Positions 51,547 through 64,000 are shown, counted from the first letter of the stretch. The stretch is DNA of 64,000 nucleotides from Pavona decussata (GCA_977016875.1 CDRNST010000003.1:620001-684000), one strand, 5' to 3'. Made by a program: numbers and translations. The notes: generated by a model from the sequence alone, not told the origin.

Positions 51547-52537
51547 CTGCTTTCGGAAAACAACCTAGGGGAAGAAGTGGAAAAGGGCAGATATAAGAAA
51601 TCTCAATTTCGCAGAAAAATTGAGTTGTTTGCATTAGCATCAAAGGCCACAATTATTTTGCACTATTCTCATCTATGTGCTCATTTTTTTTTTTTGCGAG
51701 AAAACATAAACGCGGAATTTCACGCTTTGTCGTTTGCCGCAAACACGATTCTAAGCTCGAGCAACTATTTTCAACCCGAAGATTAGGAAAGCAGGTGATA
51801 CTGACTATGAAGAAAAATGATGTGGATTCAATTGGCATCTGATGCTTATAATAGTTGTATGGTTTCAGTGGTGTGGAATCAAAAGTGGATTCTTGGTTTT
51901 GGGTATGTGCTTATTTTTTGTGATGACTTCAAGCGATAATCTTAATTTAATTTAAGCGATAAATCTGCTACCATTAATTGTTGCAGATCAGACAAGTTCA
52001 CCTCTTGTTTCTTACTTATTTAATGGAATTTGTGTTCGCAATTGCTATTACAATGTAACTCTGTCATTTTGATTATTTGAAAAAGCATTAACAAATCTTT
52101 TTACATTTTTTTTACATCTCTCAACTGAGAAGCAACGAATCGCATGTTTACATTGGCACTCAACGTAAGAATACCTTGAATATTAAAATGGTTCATGTTT
52201 GCAAGCGATTTCATGTCGATCTTACAGTTTTTAAAATGTTTATTCTTATACAGTATCCCATTATTCCGCTCACCTAAAGAATTAAGCAAGTTTTTTTTCA
52301 GAAAAGCAAGCGGCTAAGGAATCAGGACATCTCTTAGATACAGATCTGATCTGTCAAAAGTGCTTGCGGACAACTCTTACAGTACAAGTAAACAAAAGGC
52401 AAATGCCGTCGAGGTAAAAGAGCACAGATTTTCATTTCAAATTTAGATTCTCGAGAGGCCATTACACCTCTGTGGCCGCTGCCTTGCATGATAGTAGACA
52501 TATCTTCAGGCTCAAAGTGCAAATTAACAAGACTTAA

Positions 52538-52742
52538 GGGACCGATCGTTTATTACGTCCTGGGGGGGGGGGGGGGGTGGTTTTCTAAAAAAATCGAGTG
52601 TATGAAAATTCCCCCCCCCCCCCCCCATGGTTGGCAGAAATTAGGCGAAATTCAAAAAAAAAAAAAAAAAATCACAAAAAAGAGCCCGTTTAAAAAAACT
52701 ACCCCCCCCCCCCCCCATAGGACGTAATGAACGATCGGTCCC
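52538..52742. mobile_element. Tourist/PIF-Harbinger-like MITE inserted in the right TIR of the large element
   Basis: TIRs GGGACCGATCGTTTATTACGTCCT / AGGACGTAATGAACGATCGGTCCC, TAA TSD (52535-37 and 52743-45), internal poly-G/poly-C tracts. Confidence 0.9.
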
Positions 52743-53808
52743 TAAGTTTATCTTATGGATTTTGGCCTAATTCGAGTTAATTAGCTTCCATTTTGTCGCT
52801 AATCTTGTGTTATTTGAGCCGAACACATTGCAAAAGTTCTCCGATTTTCTCAGAGGGAAGCGTTGCGAGTCCGAGCTTGGAACTTGGCATGGTGAATGTT
52901 TAGTAACTATATCTTAAGGCTGTAAAGTAAAATTATCGAAAACTGAGGTACCAGGAACACTTTTGTGTCGTTAAATATTACCTATATTTCGCCGCTATTT
53001 TTAGCGCTCTACAAAGGTGGTTTTAAAGTGCTCGCTGGAATCACAAAATGAATAGATTTGAAAATGTTGAGTAGTGGACAATAAACAAGAATAGTTTTTC
53101 GTAGTTTGTGTAAAGTTTGACTTCAACTGAAGTTATTTTAAGCATTTGGCAGTGCTTCGTCCGCGCACCTTATTTTGAACCTTCAGTTGGCCGAAAAACC
53201 GCACTTTGACCGCAAATTTTTGCGAATCTCTCAAAATTAAAAAGTCGCTGGAACTTTTAAATATGATTTTTGAAAGTAGTTCGCCAAAGGGTATTTTTGG
53301 ACCAAATATGAGCGATACGCCAAATTGGTCGTTGACGGCGAATTCTTGATCCTTACCGGCAGATTTGAAAGACACCGCGAAAAACTTAAATCTATTTTGT
53401 TCGTTAGAAGTTTTCATTTTGACTATGCTAGGATCAGGTATTAACATATTCTTGCTCCCAGTGCAGTGAAATCTATAACTGTTGCTGTAAAGATTTAGGA
53501 TTTCAGTTATTTCTTTGGAGCTGCTCTGTTTTGAAAAGAATCTGACACTGGAGTTTGGCAATACTCTTTAACATTAAGTTAACCCATCAGAGGATTGAAA
53601 TTGGTATATGAAAACAAATTACAGTAGCCATTTGTTAACATTCCTGGACTTTATTTCTCAACTGATATAGACTGAACTTCAAATTTACTGCCATGAGCTC
53701 CGCTCAATCAGCACTGTAGTGTTCTTCTGCATCTCTTTTTACTAATTTTCTACAGTTTTTTGAAATATTTATTAAAATGAAAAGTCCAGGTGATCACGTG
53801 TGACGTGT

Positions 53809-55025
53809 TTACTGCTGAGCTTTTGGCACTTCTTCAATGAAGATCCGAGACATTGTACCCCAGCCTGTGTCTGCGTCAGTACTCTTTTGGCCAGTGGTAC
53901 ACTTTCCAACCCAGAATCCCACTCGCACCTTTCCCTTATGAATGTTGTTACAGTGACCTTCAATGTGGCGGTGACGGTGAAGATTGTGGTTCCTCCCAGT
54001 CTGCATGTAGAATGCACCATCAATAGACCCAGGGGAACTGCACTCGGCGCCATTGAACTTGAAATACCAGCGGTTACAGCAGTTGTTACAGCCATGAATC
54101 CTGAGGTTACCAGCAAAGTAGACATGGAGGGCAGTGTCTGTGTACTTCTTCATGAATTCGCAGTGCTGTTAAAAAAAATCAGTGGTTTTGAATGAATATG
54201 AACTGGGAATTATAACTATTATTATCTGCGAGGAGAACTGACAAAGATACAAAATTAGAGATTGCGGGATTAATAAGGTTTTTTATGTTCTTATCAAGGT
54301 AGTAAAGGTGTGACAAGAAACACTTTATTTATCATGAAATGATGGAAAGCCACTCACATATATTTCGCCTGAATCTCTGTTGTCCCTTTTTTTCCAGGCT
54401 CACTCCTTCCAAGACAGCCGAGGAATTCCACTGTCACCTTTGTCCCCTTGCTGTCCCTTTTGGCCGCCAGCACCCCGGACCCCAGGTTCTCCCTTTGCTC
54501 CCTTCTTTCCTTCCGCACCAGGTGGTCCCTGTGGTCCAGTCTTTCCCGGGCTGCCCAGGGTTCCTTTGGCTCCATCACGTCCATCACGGCCAGGTGCCCC
54601 AGGGAATCCCGGGACACATGCCATGTATGTCCAAGTCCCGGATTGTCCCCCATTGCAAAATGAAGGAGGCTGGTAGGATGTAAAAGAAAAAAAAACCCCA
54701 AAAAACAGAGCGCTATTAGCGCTTTTTCGGAAAATAATTCAAGCCGTTACAACTGTTCCTGTCCCTAAGTAATCTACGTTCATGTCTAAGTGAATATACT
54801 TTCTTTTTGGAAATTAAAATTCGGTTAGGTGATTTCGATTCTCTTTACTGTCCGTTGGCACATGACTCAAAAATGCTTTTATTACTCCAGATTTTTTAGG
54901 CAGCTGCTATTTTAGCTTGATAAACTCACCTTGTCACGTGATTTACTGCTGCTGTTGTCCTTTGCCGAGCACAAGGTGACGAGTAACATGATAGTCAGTG
55001 GATAGATTATAAGAGATCGCGCCAT
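53809..55025 (-). pseudogene. CTHRC1: CTHRC1-like copy 4 with in-frame nonsense codon
   Basis: Exons 55025-54930, 54669-54358 (12-nt deletion removing SHMN; TGC>TGA at 54400-54402) and 54165-53809 (intact). Confidence 0.85.
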
Positions 55026-58000
55026 CGACATTTGCTGAGCTGTAAAAAGAACAATAAAATTTATAAGTTATCGTCAAATTAAGTTTAACTTGAATAACTA
55101 TGGCATTTCATGAGATGAACTGAATTACTTCCAAATAGTCTCGTTGGTTTAATTCATAGATGTTAATCAATGTAGGACCTATTCATCTTCATAACTGGTA
55201 TTTGGCGATCAAGCGCCTACCTCAATCCTGCGACGGTGGAAGCAAATGATACCTTAGCAAAACAGTTTACCATTTTACTTCTGCCCTTGTGGTTACTTGA
55301 CATTTGAATCACGTTAAAATATGTTTACGAGTTGATTACGCATCAAATGTGAAAAATAGGTCGCTCGTTCTTATTGGTTAGAAAATTAAAAATGTTCCAA
55401 TCATATGACTTGAACAGTTCAAGTCTATGGGTTTAATTAAATAATATAATGTTCGGGTTAAAACTTGTTTGAATGCTATGATTACGTGGTAAGCCAAAAA
55501 TAGGACGAGCAAAGTTTTACAAGTTCGTGAACGTATTTGTATTGTAAATTATTGGATTTTATTTATTAATTTCTTAGTGGCTTCCAAATTCGTATCAACA
55601 TCCCTATGTGTCGCTTAGTTTGTAGGAATTATTTCTTTTGCAAGTTCTAGTGTCTATTTTTTAACATTAAACATATCTAAGTTCATGATCAAGATCTATT
55701 GTTGTCAATCGTATTTTATGCCAATACAAAGAGATACCTATTAAAACTTGATAAAATAAACGGAAAACGAACTAATAATGCTCCATTCGTGACATTTAAG
55801 CAAGACGGACATTACTGAATAAGTAAAGGAGAATTAATCATCGTGCATGGAAAAGTACTACAAGAACGCACTAGTTTATGATTTAGTTTAGTTTATGATT
55901 TCAGCTATTGTGAGACTGAATTAGTGAATCGGAAATGAACAAAGCCTTCAAAAACTGTCGTGTATCATTTATTCATTCACATTTGAAGTTATGTGCCTCA
56001 GAAGCTGAGCGAAAACAAAAGAAAACAAAATGGAGGAGAAAATTAGGTTTACTTAGCATGAATCACAACAAAAATACAACAAAAAGGACAACGATGCTTT
56101 TTCTCACAATTTCAGCCTCACACTACGCTGAGTTCACTGTGATCTCTTTGTTTGGCTTAGCGACGCTCTCTTTATCTTATCTCTCATTTGATTTCTCTTT
56201 TTAAATAAGGCATGAAATCAAATTGAAAATTCATACAGGTTGAGTCAATGGTATGCTAGTTAATGGGTCATTGCGTTCTGTACTAAGCATCGGATTTCTC
56301 GATCATCTTTTAAACAAAGGGAAGAAAAGATGATCCCACTCTATTTTCCAATCCAATTACAATATTTTTTTTCTGTATAGGCTCGATGGGAATTTTATAA
56401 TATTCACACACAACAAAACAGACCGCGTGTCATGTGGCCTTCAATGCTTTATCTTCAGGCACACAATTTCACGAGGATGTATTTCTCAAATTGTCGAAGC
56501 TCACATAATCACCACACTCAAGGTTGATATTTGGAAATACTGCATTTCGCAGATGTAAAATAACTTACCTTAGAGCTGTGACTAAAGCTTGCTTTGTCTA
56601 CCGTGAACAAGAGACCAAAACCTAAATATTAGAAAATAGATTAATTGCTATGTTTACCATTAAAATGATAAAATAATAAAAAACAAACGGTGTACTTACA
56701 CCGACAATGTAGCCGTTTCTCTTCGCATCAACAAAGATACTTCTTCCTCTTGTTATCCTAACTTTTGCCTCCTCTGCTTTTTAAATTTCTCGTCAGAACA
56801 AGTTCCTTAAACAATATACATATCGATTATCTCTTTTCTAATCAGCGATGCTATTTGCTAAAGTCAGTTTGGTCCAACGCCGATTCGTCCAATCAAATGA
56901 CTCGTTTTATCTGGTGATTTTGTCTCTGCTTCACACAATCGTCATGAATTTTGTGAAAGCTTTTTTCCCTTCCTCCACAAAAAAATTCTTTATCTTTCCG
57001 TTCATTATTAGCTGGAAAATAAAAATAAAATGTTCCTTGCCGTCCATCGTTACCGATTCTTGGTGCCCTAATTTATTCAAATCTCACAAACTCTGATATG
57101 TGAAACACAATAAACTGTACGAGATGACAAGAGGTACGTGTGTTTGTCTTAAGTCTATGAACAATCCATTCCTTTCAATTCAAGTTGTTTCTGATATAAT
57201 TATGCCCAACAGAGTACATATTAGTGTATATACTGTATAGTAGAAATCTTCCCAAGAGGAAAAGTTTGATCCTGGACCTGACGGAAACGTGTTAAGATAA
57301 TCAAACCGATTTGAATTTTTACATTACTAAACAAGCTTTTTTACCTCAGTTGAAGTACACCTCAGCATTTGACTTTTGTGCTCAGATGAAAGCCTACAAC
57401 CTACCTAGACAAAAGAGAGAAAGTTAAGGCTAATAATTCACAGGAACTGAGTAATCGGGCCAATTTGGTCCAAATTGACAAAGAAAATTAGCGAGCGAAC
57501 AGTCAAACTTGTTTTAGTACCAAAGCAAAAAGAAATCGGTCGACCAATTGTAACGTGTAAATAAACCCATGCGGCGAATAAAGGTACTAACCTGACCGAT
57601 AAATCGATTTGTGTAAATCAGTCTTTTGCAATTTATAGCACAACTAGAACAGAGAAAGCATCATTCTGAATTATTTCGAGATCGGAAAGCTTCCAGCTAT
57701 CCCCTTCCAAAACGTTGAAAAAGTCGATAGTTTCCTTTTAAAAACTGTTCGAAGAACAAAAACGATTCGTTATTCGGAATATTTGCATCGAAGCGTTTTG
57801 TAATGATCTGAATCGTCACGGTTGGAAAAGTCGTCGGTTTCTAGTCAGCGAAGATTCCGCAAGTTGTCCCTGGAAAACCTCGAGGTTGGATTTATTTCCA
57901 CAGAACAAGTTGTAAATTTTTTAGTTTCTCTGTACACCTTATCGAATAAGTGGTTTAGACTGGAATAAGGCGGCGAACAAACTCAGTTTGTTTACAATAT

Positions 58001-60116
58001 ATTTTGCGCTCTAATTACTCACTATTTTTACTTCCTATTTGAATCCCTAATTCGACCGAGTATACTTCAGTAGAGTTTGACCGGTTCCCCTCAATCTGTT
58101 GGTCCAAACAATCAGCTTTAAACCAAATGGAGGCTGGAAGAACCAGTACGATGACATCTATCAAACAAAATATCAATACGTAATACCGAAAGAGAAAGAC
58201 GGATTTTTTATATCATGTATAATTGACGGATACGAGTTGCTGACTTTGTATGACCTAATAAGAGTTCAAAATACAGCATTTTACTCTTAAAATCCAAGAT
58301 TCCGATGTAAGGAACCGGACAGGGTTGACGTTCACTCAGCATTCTATGAGATGAAGCGTTCGCCTCATATGTATATGTGACCGCCGCATAATCTAACCGA
58401 CGGATTTCAGGTAAAAACTAAGTTCTGCCATAGTTAGTGGTTTTGCGAAAAAGTTAAAGAGCCCATTCATCAAAGTGTCTTTTGACGTTTTCCTAGTAAT
58501 AATGCAAAGCCCTCATACCAATCATTTATCGTGAGCAAGAGTTGGTTGAACACAGGAAATAATGCTTCAGTTCAGTGAGGCGTACCCAGGACCATCCGCT
58601 GTGCATTTTTCATATTCATTATATGATTTATCCAATGAAAGTGGAAGACTGAAAAAAACATTTGAAGGGTGCATTGTTTACATAATATTTTGCATTCAAA
58701 TTACTAACCATTCTTTCCATCGAGTTTGCCCCCATTCTGCGGATACACCGGCTGTGAATTGCCTTCATTCAAATGAAGAACTTAGACAACCAGTGCGATA
58801 ACATCTGAAAGCGAAGAAAACGAAATATCATAACGTAATCAGTTTAGTGGCTGAAGGAAAACACTGCATATTAAAGTCCGTGTGTTTATGCGCGGTCTGC
58901 TTATAGGGCCCGTATATTTGCATACGCTCTTTCAGAGGTTTTTAGTCTCTTTTATTAAAACCCTTTCTACGGGGACAGATCGATTGAATTGAACGATTGT
59001 TTTTTTCTTTTTTTCGAAATTAGCTCTAAATTTGTCAACTAAAATTTAGAAGTAGTTTTAGCAGAATTCTAAACATCAGTGTTGAGTCTAATTTGTAAAA
59101 CTAATCATAACTGCCCTCTTCATAACATGTACAACGTGGTTTCTTATTGGAGTGTTTACTTCTCTTCATGTCTCATTAATTTTCTAAAATTCTAAACCAT
59201 TCCTGTACTTAAGGCTCTATAAATCGCTCTGATGGCCATGGGTGTCCTGGTCTCGTCCAAATGGGCTGATTTAGCTTAAGAACATTTTAAGAAGTTCAAC
59301 GTTTTCAGTCAAACCGACAGAAAATGTTTTAAGAACGTTCAGTTGCGGCTCTGAAACCTCGACTACAAAATAAGACGTTCTCCTAGTACTGAATGGAGTG
59401 CATCTCCAAGTGCAGTTTAATTTTATTTCCCTCTGCGTAGAATTGCAGTGAGTAGTCAAGACTCCATATAAATATAAATATGAGTCTATCCTAGCTATAA
59501 GCTTTACTTGACTGCCCATGAGCATTTCAACGTGCCACTGTTGGTTACTGTTTTAACCAAAATACAAATTCTAAAGTCCATTCCAGTGGGTGAAATAAAC
59601 GAGATCCTTCACACACGCTCAGTGAAGTGAATCGTTCGCTAAGTGTATACATAATGATATACCTAACGGGATTTTCAATAAGTTGTAAAACACTTTTGTG
59701 AGAAAAAAACGCTTACCTTTATTAAATCCATCGAATTTCTCTTACCGATATTCCAAAGCACTGATAAGAATCTTCTATAATAAATTGGATGATGCGCCAA
59801 GATACAGGAAATAATGATTTAGTTCAGTGACAATTTATGACTCAAGTTTCATGTTTTCACCAGTTTGCTTATTCACCGTGGAGCCTTTGTTTTCAATTAT
59901 TGTTCATTGCTGATATTTGTGTCGGTGACAAATTTTCGGTGATATTTTATCCTTTTATCAATACTCACCTCAATTTCGTTTCTATGTCTCGTCAAAGAAA
60001 AAAATTCCATGGAGATTATATTAGTTGTAACAGTGAAATTTGTCTCAGTTGTCAATATCACCTCGGACTTGTCAACGTTGTTTTATGTAAAAAACCATGA
60101 TGTCTGATAATCTGAG

Positions 60117-61242
60117 TTATTATTCAACACATTGTGACACTGCCCAAATATGGTCATGGTGAACTCAATATAAGTCGTCCGCACTCAACAGATATCCTGC
60201 GATATACGTCGTTTTCGTGCGTCCGGGAGGAAAATGGCAGAGCGCTTTCAAAAAGTAAGGACCTCGCAAGAACACCCAACCATTAATGACGCTGTTTTAT
60301 ACTGAACACAACAAAGACAACCAAGTTTGCTGTTAAGAATTGTAATGGTTAGTGAAAAAAACTGTAACTGCTTACCTAGCTTTCTGCTTGTGAACTGGAA
60401 AATTACAGTTCAGCAAAAACGTTTGCGTTTTATATAGTTTTCGCTTCTCTTTTGGATTGTCCCGTATTCTGGGGCTCAGAAATTACAAACAGTAGATGTA
60501 TTTCCTTAGATTGGTTCTCGCAACCATTAAACAGCAAAAACCACCTGAGAAAATCCGAGCTCGCACTGGAGTGCCTCGAGATATTTTAGCTTTCTGGCAG
60601 ACAAAAAGATAGACGGAGTACAAAGTAATTATTCTCAGAAGCATAAGAGCCGCTTGAAAAACCGTTTAGTTTCATAAAAGATCAGAGTTCTTGCAAGCAA
60701 CAAGGCACTATATTGCTAGATGCGTTTGTCAAAACACTGAGGAAAGATCGTGAAATTGCTTGCGTAGTAAACAAAGAAACACTCACCCGGGAAATCGTTG
60801 AAAAGCTTTTCCAGTCTGTTCAGCTCGGCTCAGTTGACACAACAAATCCTTCGCAGCTTCAAAATACTGTTTGGTTTTGCCCTTTGAGGCTAGAAATTTG
60901 TGGAAAATTTTGCCGGAGCGATTGGCGCACTAGACGAGTACTTAATTTTTCAACTTGATGCAAAACGCTCTCGATTTCATTAAAAATTGAACAAAGCTGC
61001 CATTCATTCATGCCGGTCCGTACGCGGGAAAATGTTACAAGCTTCTTTTTTGACAAATAAAGATCGCCTCCAGCTTTTCTGCTATAAACCTGGGCTTTGT
61101 TATCAATGTGTTGAATAATAAAACAATTATCCTGCTCAATCTTGCGGAATATCGCCTGATTTAAGCCTACTCGGCCTACGGCCTCGTCGGCTATTAAAGT
61201 ATCAGGCGATATTCCGCGCGATTTCGCAGGATAATTGTTAAA
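60117..61242 (+). mobile_element. Internally deleted Crypton-like element (DUF3504/tyrosine-recombinase remnant) with terminal hairpin
   Basis: Absent at the paralogous site ~29012, with no TSD. Remnant peptide LDAFVKTLRK..KETLTREIVEKLFQS.QLG..DTTNPSQLQNTVWF resembles Crypton/ZMYM-type DUF3504. 18-bp IR at 60117-34 / 61104-21, then a hairpin at 61122-61239. Confidence 0.75.
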
Positions 61243-61627
61243 TAAACAAACTTTCTTCTCACAACAGCAGACATTGTAAAGACAGGTTCGTTAAAAAAGG
61301 TGCTCAATATAGGAACGAGCTCCACTGGTCAACCCTGCAAAGGATAAAACTCTTATGCAGTGTAACCCATCGGCATAATTATGTCAGGATAATTATATTC
61401 TCAAGTTTGAAATTTTCAAGCATAAATTGTTTGACATCTAGTCACTGCAAAACAACAACTTGAATTGAGGAGCATTATAAGTTTTCCCACAAAAAAAAAT
61501 TCATATTTGCTATGCAATATTTTAGCTCAATTGTTTCTCTCAACAACTGTCAACATGGGGACAAAAAAACTCGAACCTTTATCGACGAATAATTAAGTCA
61601 TAAATAGAGCAGAAAGTGCCTTCAAGG

Positions 61628-62678
61628 CTCTCTCCTCCGCAGAGGCTCCGCTGAGAAAAGGGAGCGCAGGCGTAAAATTCCGTGGAAGGCGACGGCGGGA
61701 GCCTCTGCCAGAAACCACGCCCAATATGGCTGCGACCCGGGGGAGTCATTTTGTAACTAGGGTGGTGTGCGTACTTATGTCATGAAAATGGCGGGTGTTC
61801 GTGAAATTGTCATGTTGCGCGATGTGGGAGATTTACTCACGAAAACTTACCTACATGCTTAGAAATCGGGAAAAGTTTGTTTATCTCATGATGACTGTTT
61901 AGAAAACGCTTTTATTTTGCTGTGATGCCTTGAATCATCACTACAAGAATCAAATTCAAGTTTATTATACACGAGCGGCGATCGTGTGGAGATAAAAGAG
62001 TGCATGCAAAGAAATGATTTATTGAGGAAACGTCTGCCAGCTGAGACCAAACAAAAACTGTCGATTCGGTCTTAAAAGAGACTAGAGCAAGTAAGCTTAC
62101 TGTTTTAATTAAAGCGTATTTTTTTTCTATACTCCGAAACGACCAAACTTGATATTTTTATCTTGTAAACAAGTTTTCAGTATAATCAGAAGAAGTTATA
62201 ATAATCTTTCGGTGATTTAATTAGCATTTAGTTCTCACGGGAAGCTTGTTATGTACTGTGATGAAACAACTGTCTTTAAAATAAGGTTATAAAAGGCCAA
62301 AAGGCCTTTCGAGCCTAGAAAAAGCAATTATTTGTTCGTGACTATTGTTGACTTTCACGAAGCGAAATGTACTAAGTCCACTCTCCACGGGTTTCAAGGG
62401 GGGCTTCGAATACAAACGATTTTGCTTTTTTCTAGAAATTGTGAAATCTCACCTTAAAATTAACGACCGCAAACTGTAGAGACAAAGTAAATGCTGACTT
62501 CCGCCAAGAATGAAACTGTCAAATTTAGAGATGACCGAGAAATCTATCAATGTACAAGAAAACGACATGCTTCTGGCAGAGGTTCGCCGCCAAGTCAACC
62601 CTCTCAGCTTTTGCGCCTGCACTCACTTCGTTCAGCGGATACAAATAACGCCCCATCGAACCTCTGCAGAGGAGAGAG
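61628..62678. mobile_element. ~1.05-kb non-autonomous TIR DNA transposon
   Basis: TIRs CTCTCTCCTCCGCAGAGG / CCTCTGCAGAGGAGAGAG with CCTTCAAGG on both flanks. Absent at the paralogous site ~29395. Confidence 0.85.
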
Positions 62679-64000
62679 CCTTCAAGGTGCCTTCAAGATT
62701 TTTTTTCTTTAATTGGCCTCTAGAAAAAATATTGAAGTACTATTAAGTTCTTTTTTCAAAGTCTTGGGCTTAGCTTGTACTCGCTTATCAGTCAAAAACA
62801 TTGCGTTCATGAAGCGAAACAGCTTTTCAAACCAATCGGTCAATAAGGCCGAAATGTTTAAACGCCAATCTGTCTTCGGTACCTTGAACTGTTGCATTTG
62901 TTCACGTAAAGGACCAGAAACAGAAAAATTTTAACCGTTATTTGTAAAACATTAGGTAGAGTTCAGTGGACATCCCGTGATTCAATCAGCAATTCAATTA
63001 TTAGCGACAGTTCAGCTATCAATTGCAACGAATAACACATTTGCAACGTTTCGTTGGTAGGGACGTAGTCAGCGGATGCGTTTGTATTTGTGTAAGATAG
63101 CGCCAAGTGACATTATTCCTTACAAATAGCCCATAGAATGGTGAAAGCTAACTTATTAGGAGTAGCAAGGCCGGAATCTTTAGTCTTTGCTTGAACTTTT
63201 ATTGTTCTTGTACTTAGAACTTTCGCTCATTAAGGCAGCCTAAGCAAACGATTAAACCAACACATCTAGCTGGCTTGTTGTAGGGTGCACATTTGCATTG
63301 ACTTTTTGAAAATAATTTAAGTAGACCAGGGGCTCCTGTTAGACTGTTTCCCCACATCGGCAAGAGTTTTTCATGGAAATGCAGCAAATCACTCTAACTG
63401 TTAAAACTGCGGGACACTTAAACTGAAAATGGTTAGCTTTATTTTTACGTCGTTTTTATTGGGATTTAAGGGATATTTATTTGTTTTGATTTCAATCTCG
63501 TCCCCAGAGCCCACTTTCATTTTGGTCAGTCCGCGTTCTTGTTGCTGTCCAAAAGGAATGCGGGCTCTGGGAAGGGTATTGTTTTTGTTTTTGTTCGATT
63601 TACCATATCCATCGCAAGTCATCGAATTAGCGCCCCCTCCCCAACCCACCCACTCTCTCCTCTTTGAAATGAGTCCCTTCCCCCTCTCAACTAAGCGTCC
63701 CGTCTTTTGGCCAGAATTTGATATAAGCGCCCAGCGGTAAGCTTCCACACCCCCACCCCCCCCCCCCCCCCCTCCACAAAGCTCCCCTTACCTGCCTGCT
63801 CTCTTCTTCTGTTTTACTCCCCCATAAGCGTGGATAAATTAAAATTAATTTTCGATTTATGGAAACTTGGCTAACCAAGGCAACTCCTGATCAAAACTAT
63901 AATCCTTTTGCACGGAAAACCTTCATCAACGACTTAGTTACAACCAGTTCAGGAGTTAGAGATAGAAGAATTTCAGCCAAAACGTTTCCAAAAAGCATGA

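Larger units (their letters stand above)
47489..51570 (-). mobile_element. PAT-like (DIRS order) tyrosine-recombinase retrotransposon, 5'-truncated and mutated
   Basis: RT-RNaseH-methyltransferase-like ORF followed by a YR ORF. The 3' end has split direct repeats: identical 66-bp B1 (47803-47868) and B2 (47489-47554) around A2. No gag and no A1 copy were seen. Confidence 0.9.
44180..53359. mobile_element. ~9.2-kb non-autonomous DNA transposon with ~630-bp TIRs and nested cargo
   Basis: 44180-~44814 is the inverted copy of ~52520-53359 (ORFs 44167+ and 53133- give the same peptide). The element is absent at the paralogous site ~19160. No transposase ORF seen; TSD unclear (TA left, CA right). 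Confidence 0.88.
9500..64000. repeat. Higher-order segmental tandem duplication: [copy1+copy2 unit] vs [copy3+copy4 unit]
   Basis: By-eye alignments: 14600-19150 ~ 37960-41160 + 43190-44160; 19165-23470 ~ 53361-57790; 25700-30740 ~ 57805-64000; 9580-10500 ~ 33140-34050; also 20500-23170 ~ 34370-37140. Confidence 0.9.

Noticed and set aside
9735-54195. Antisense ORFs over exon 3 in all four copies
   Set aside because: They lie opposite the real exon, have no independent splice or start signals, and are explained by paralogy.
54400-54402. Selenocysteine recoding of the in-frame TGA
   Set aside because: No AUGA...AA...GA SECIS-like hairpin was seen in the 3' UTR, and the adjacent deletion suggests decay.
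10500-54676. Pro-rich plus-strand ORFs (10500, 20202, 33993, 54380) and other shifted-frame ORFs over exon 2
   Set aside because: They are antisense or shifted shadows of Gly-X-Y codons.

Overview
AT-rich eukaryotic (animal) genomic DNA with GT-AG introns. The repeat content and gene family point to a cnidarian, probably a stony coral (inference). From left to right: (1) the right end of a Polinton/Maverick (adintovirus-like) element at 1-2228, with the tail of a PLA2X-like ORF, an rve+chromodomain integrase and the terminal ...ACTACT. (2) A minus-strand tandem array of four 3-coding-exon CTHRC1-like genes (signal peptide, Gly-X-Y collagen, Cys-rich C-terminal domain). Copies 1 and 3 are intact; copy 2 is frameshifted; copy 4 has a nonsense codon. 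They form a higher-order [1+2]/[3+4] duplication, interleaved with many decayed copies of a second spliced module. (3) Many transposable elements: a Gypsy LTR/gag remnant, a tRNA-SINE, a CR1/L2-like LINE tail, two Crypton-type elements ending in large hairpins, MITEs, and a 9-kb long-TIR element containing a PAT-like (DIRS order) tyrosine-recombinase retrotransposon. The most notable candidates are an apparently complete U6-type Pol III transcription unit (PSE + TATA + ~305-nt structured RNA with a double pseudoknot + T4 terminator) inside the Polinton end, and a correctly phased A_AAA_AAC -1 frameshift site that would fuse the PLA2X-like ORF to the integrase. All coordinates and alignments were made by eye.
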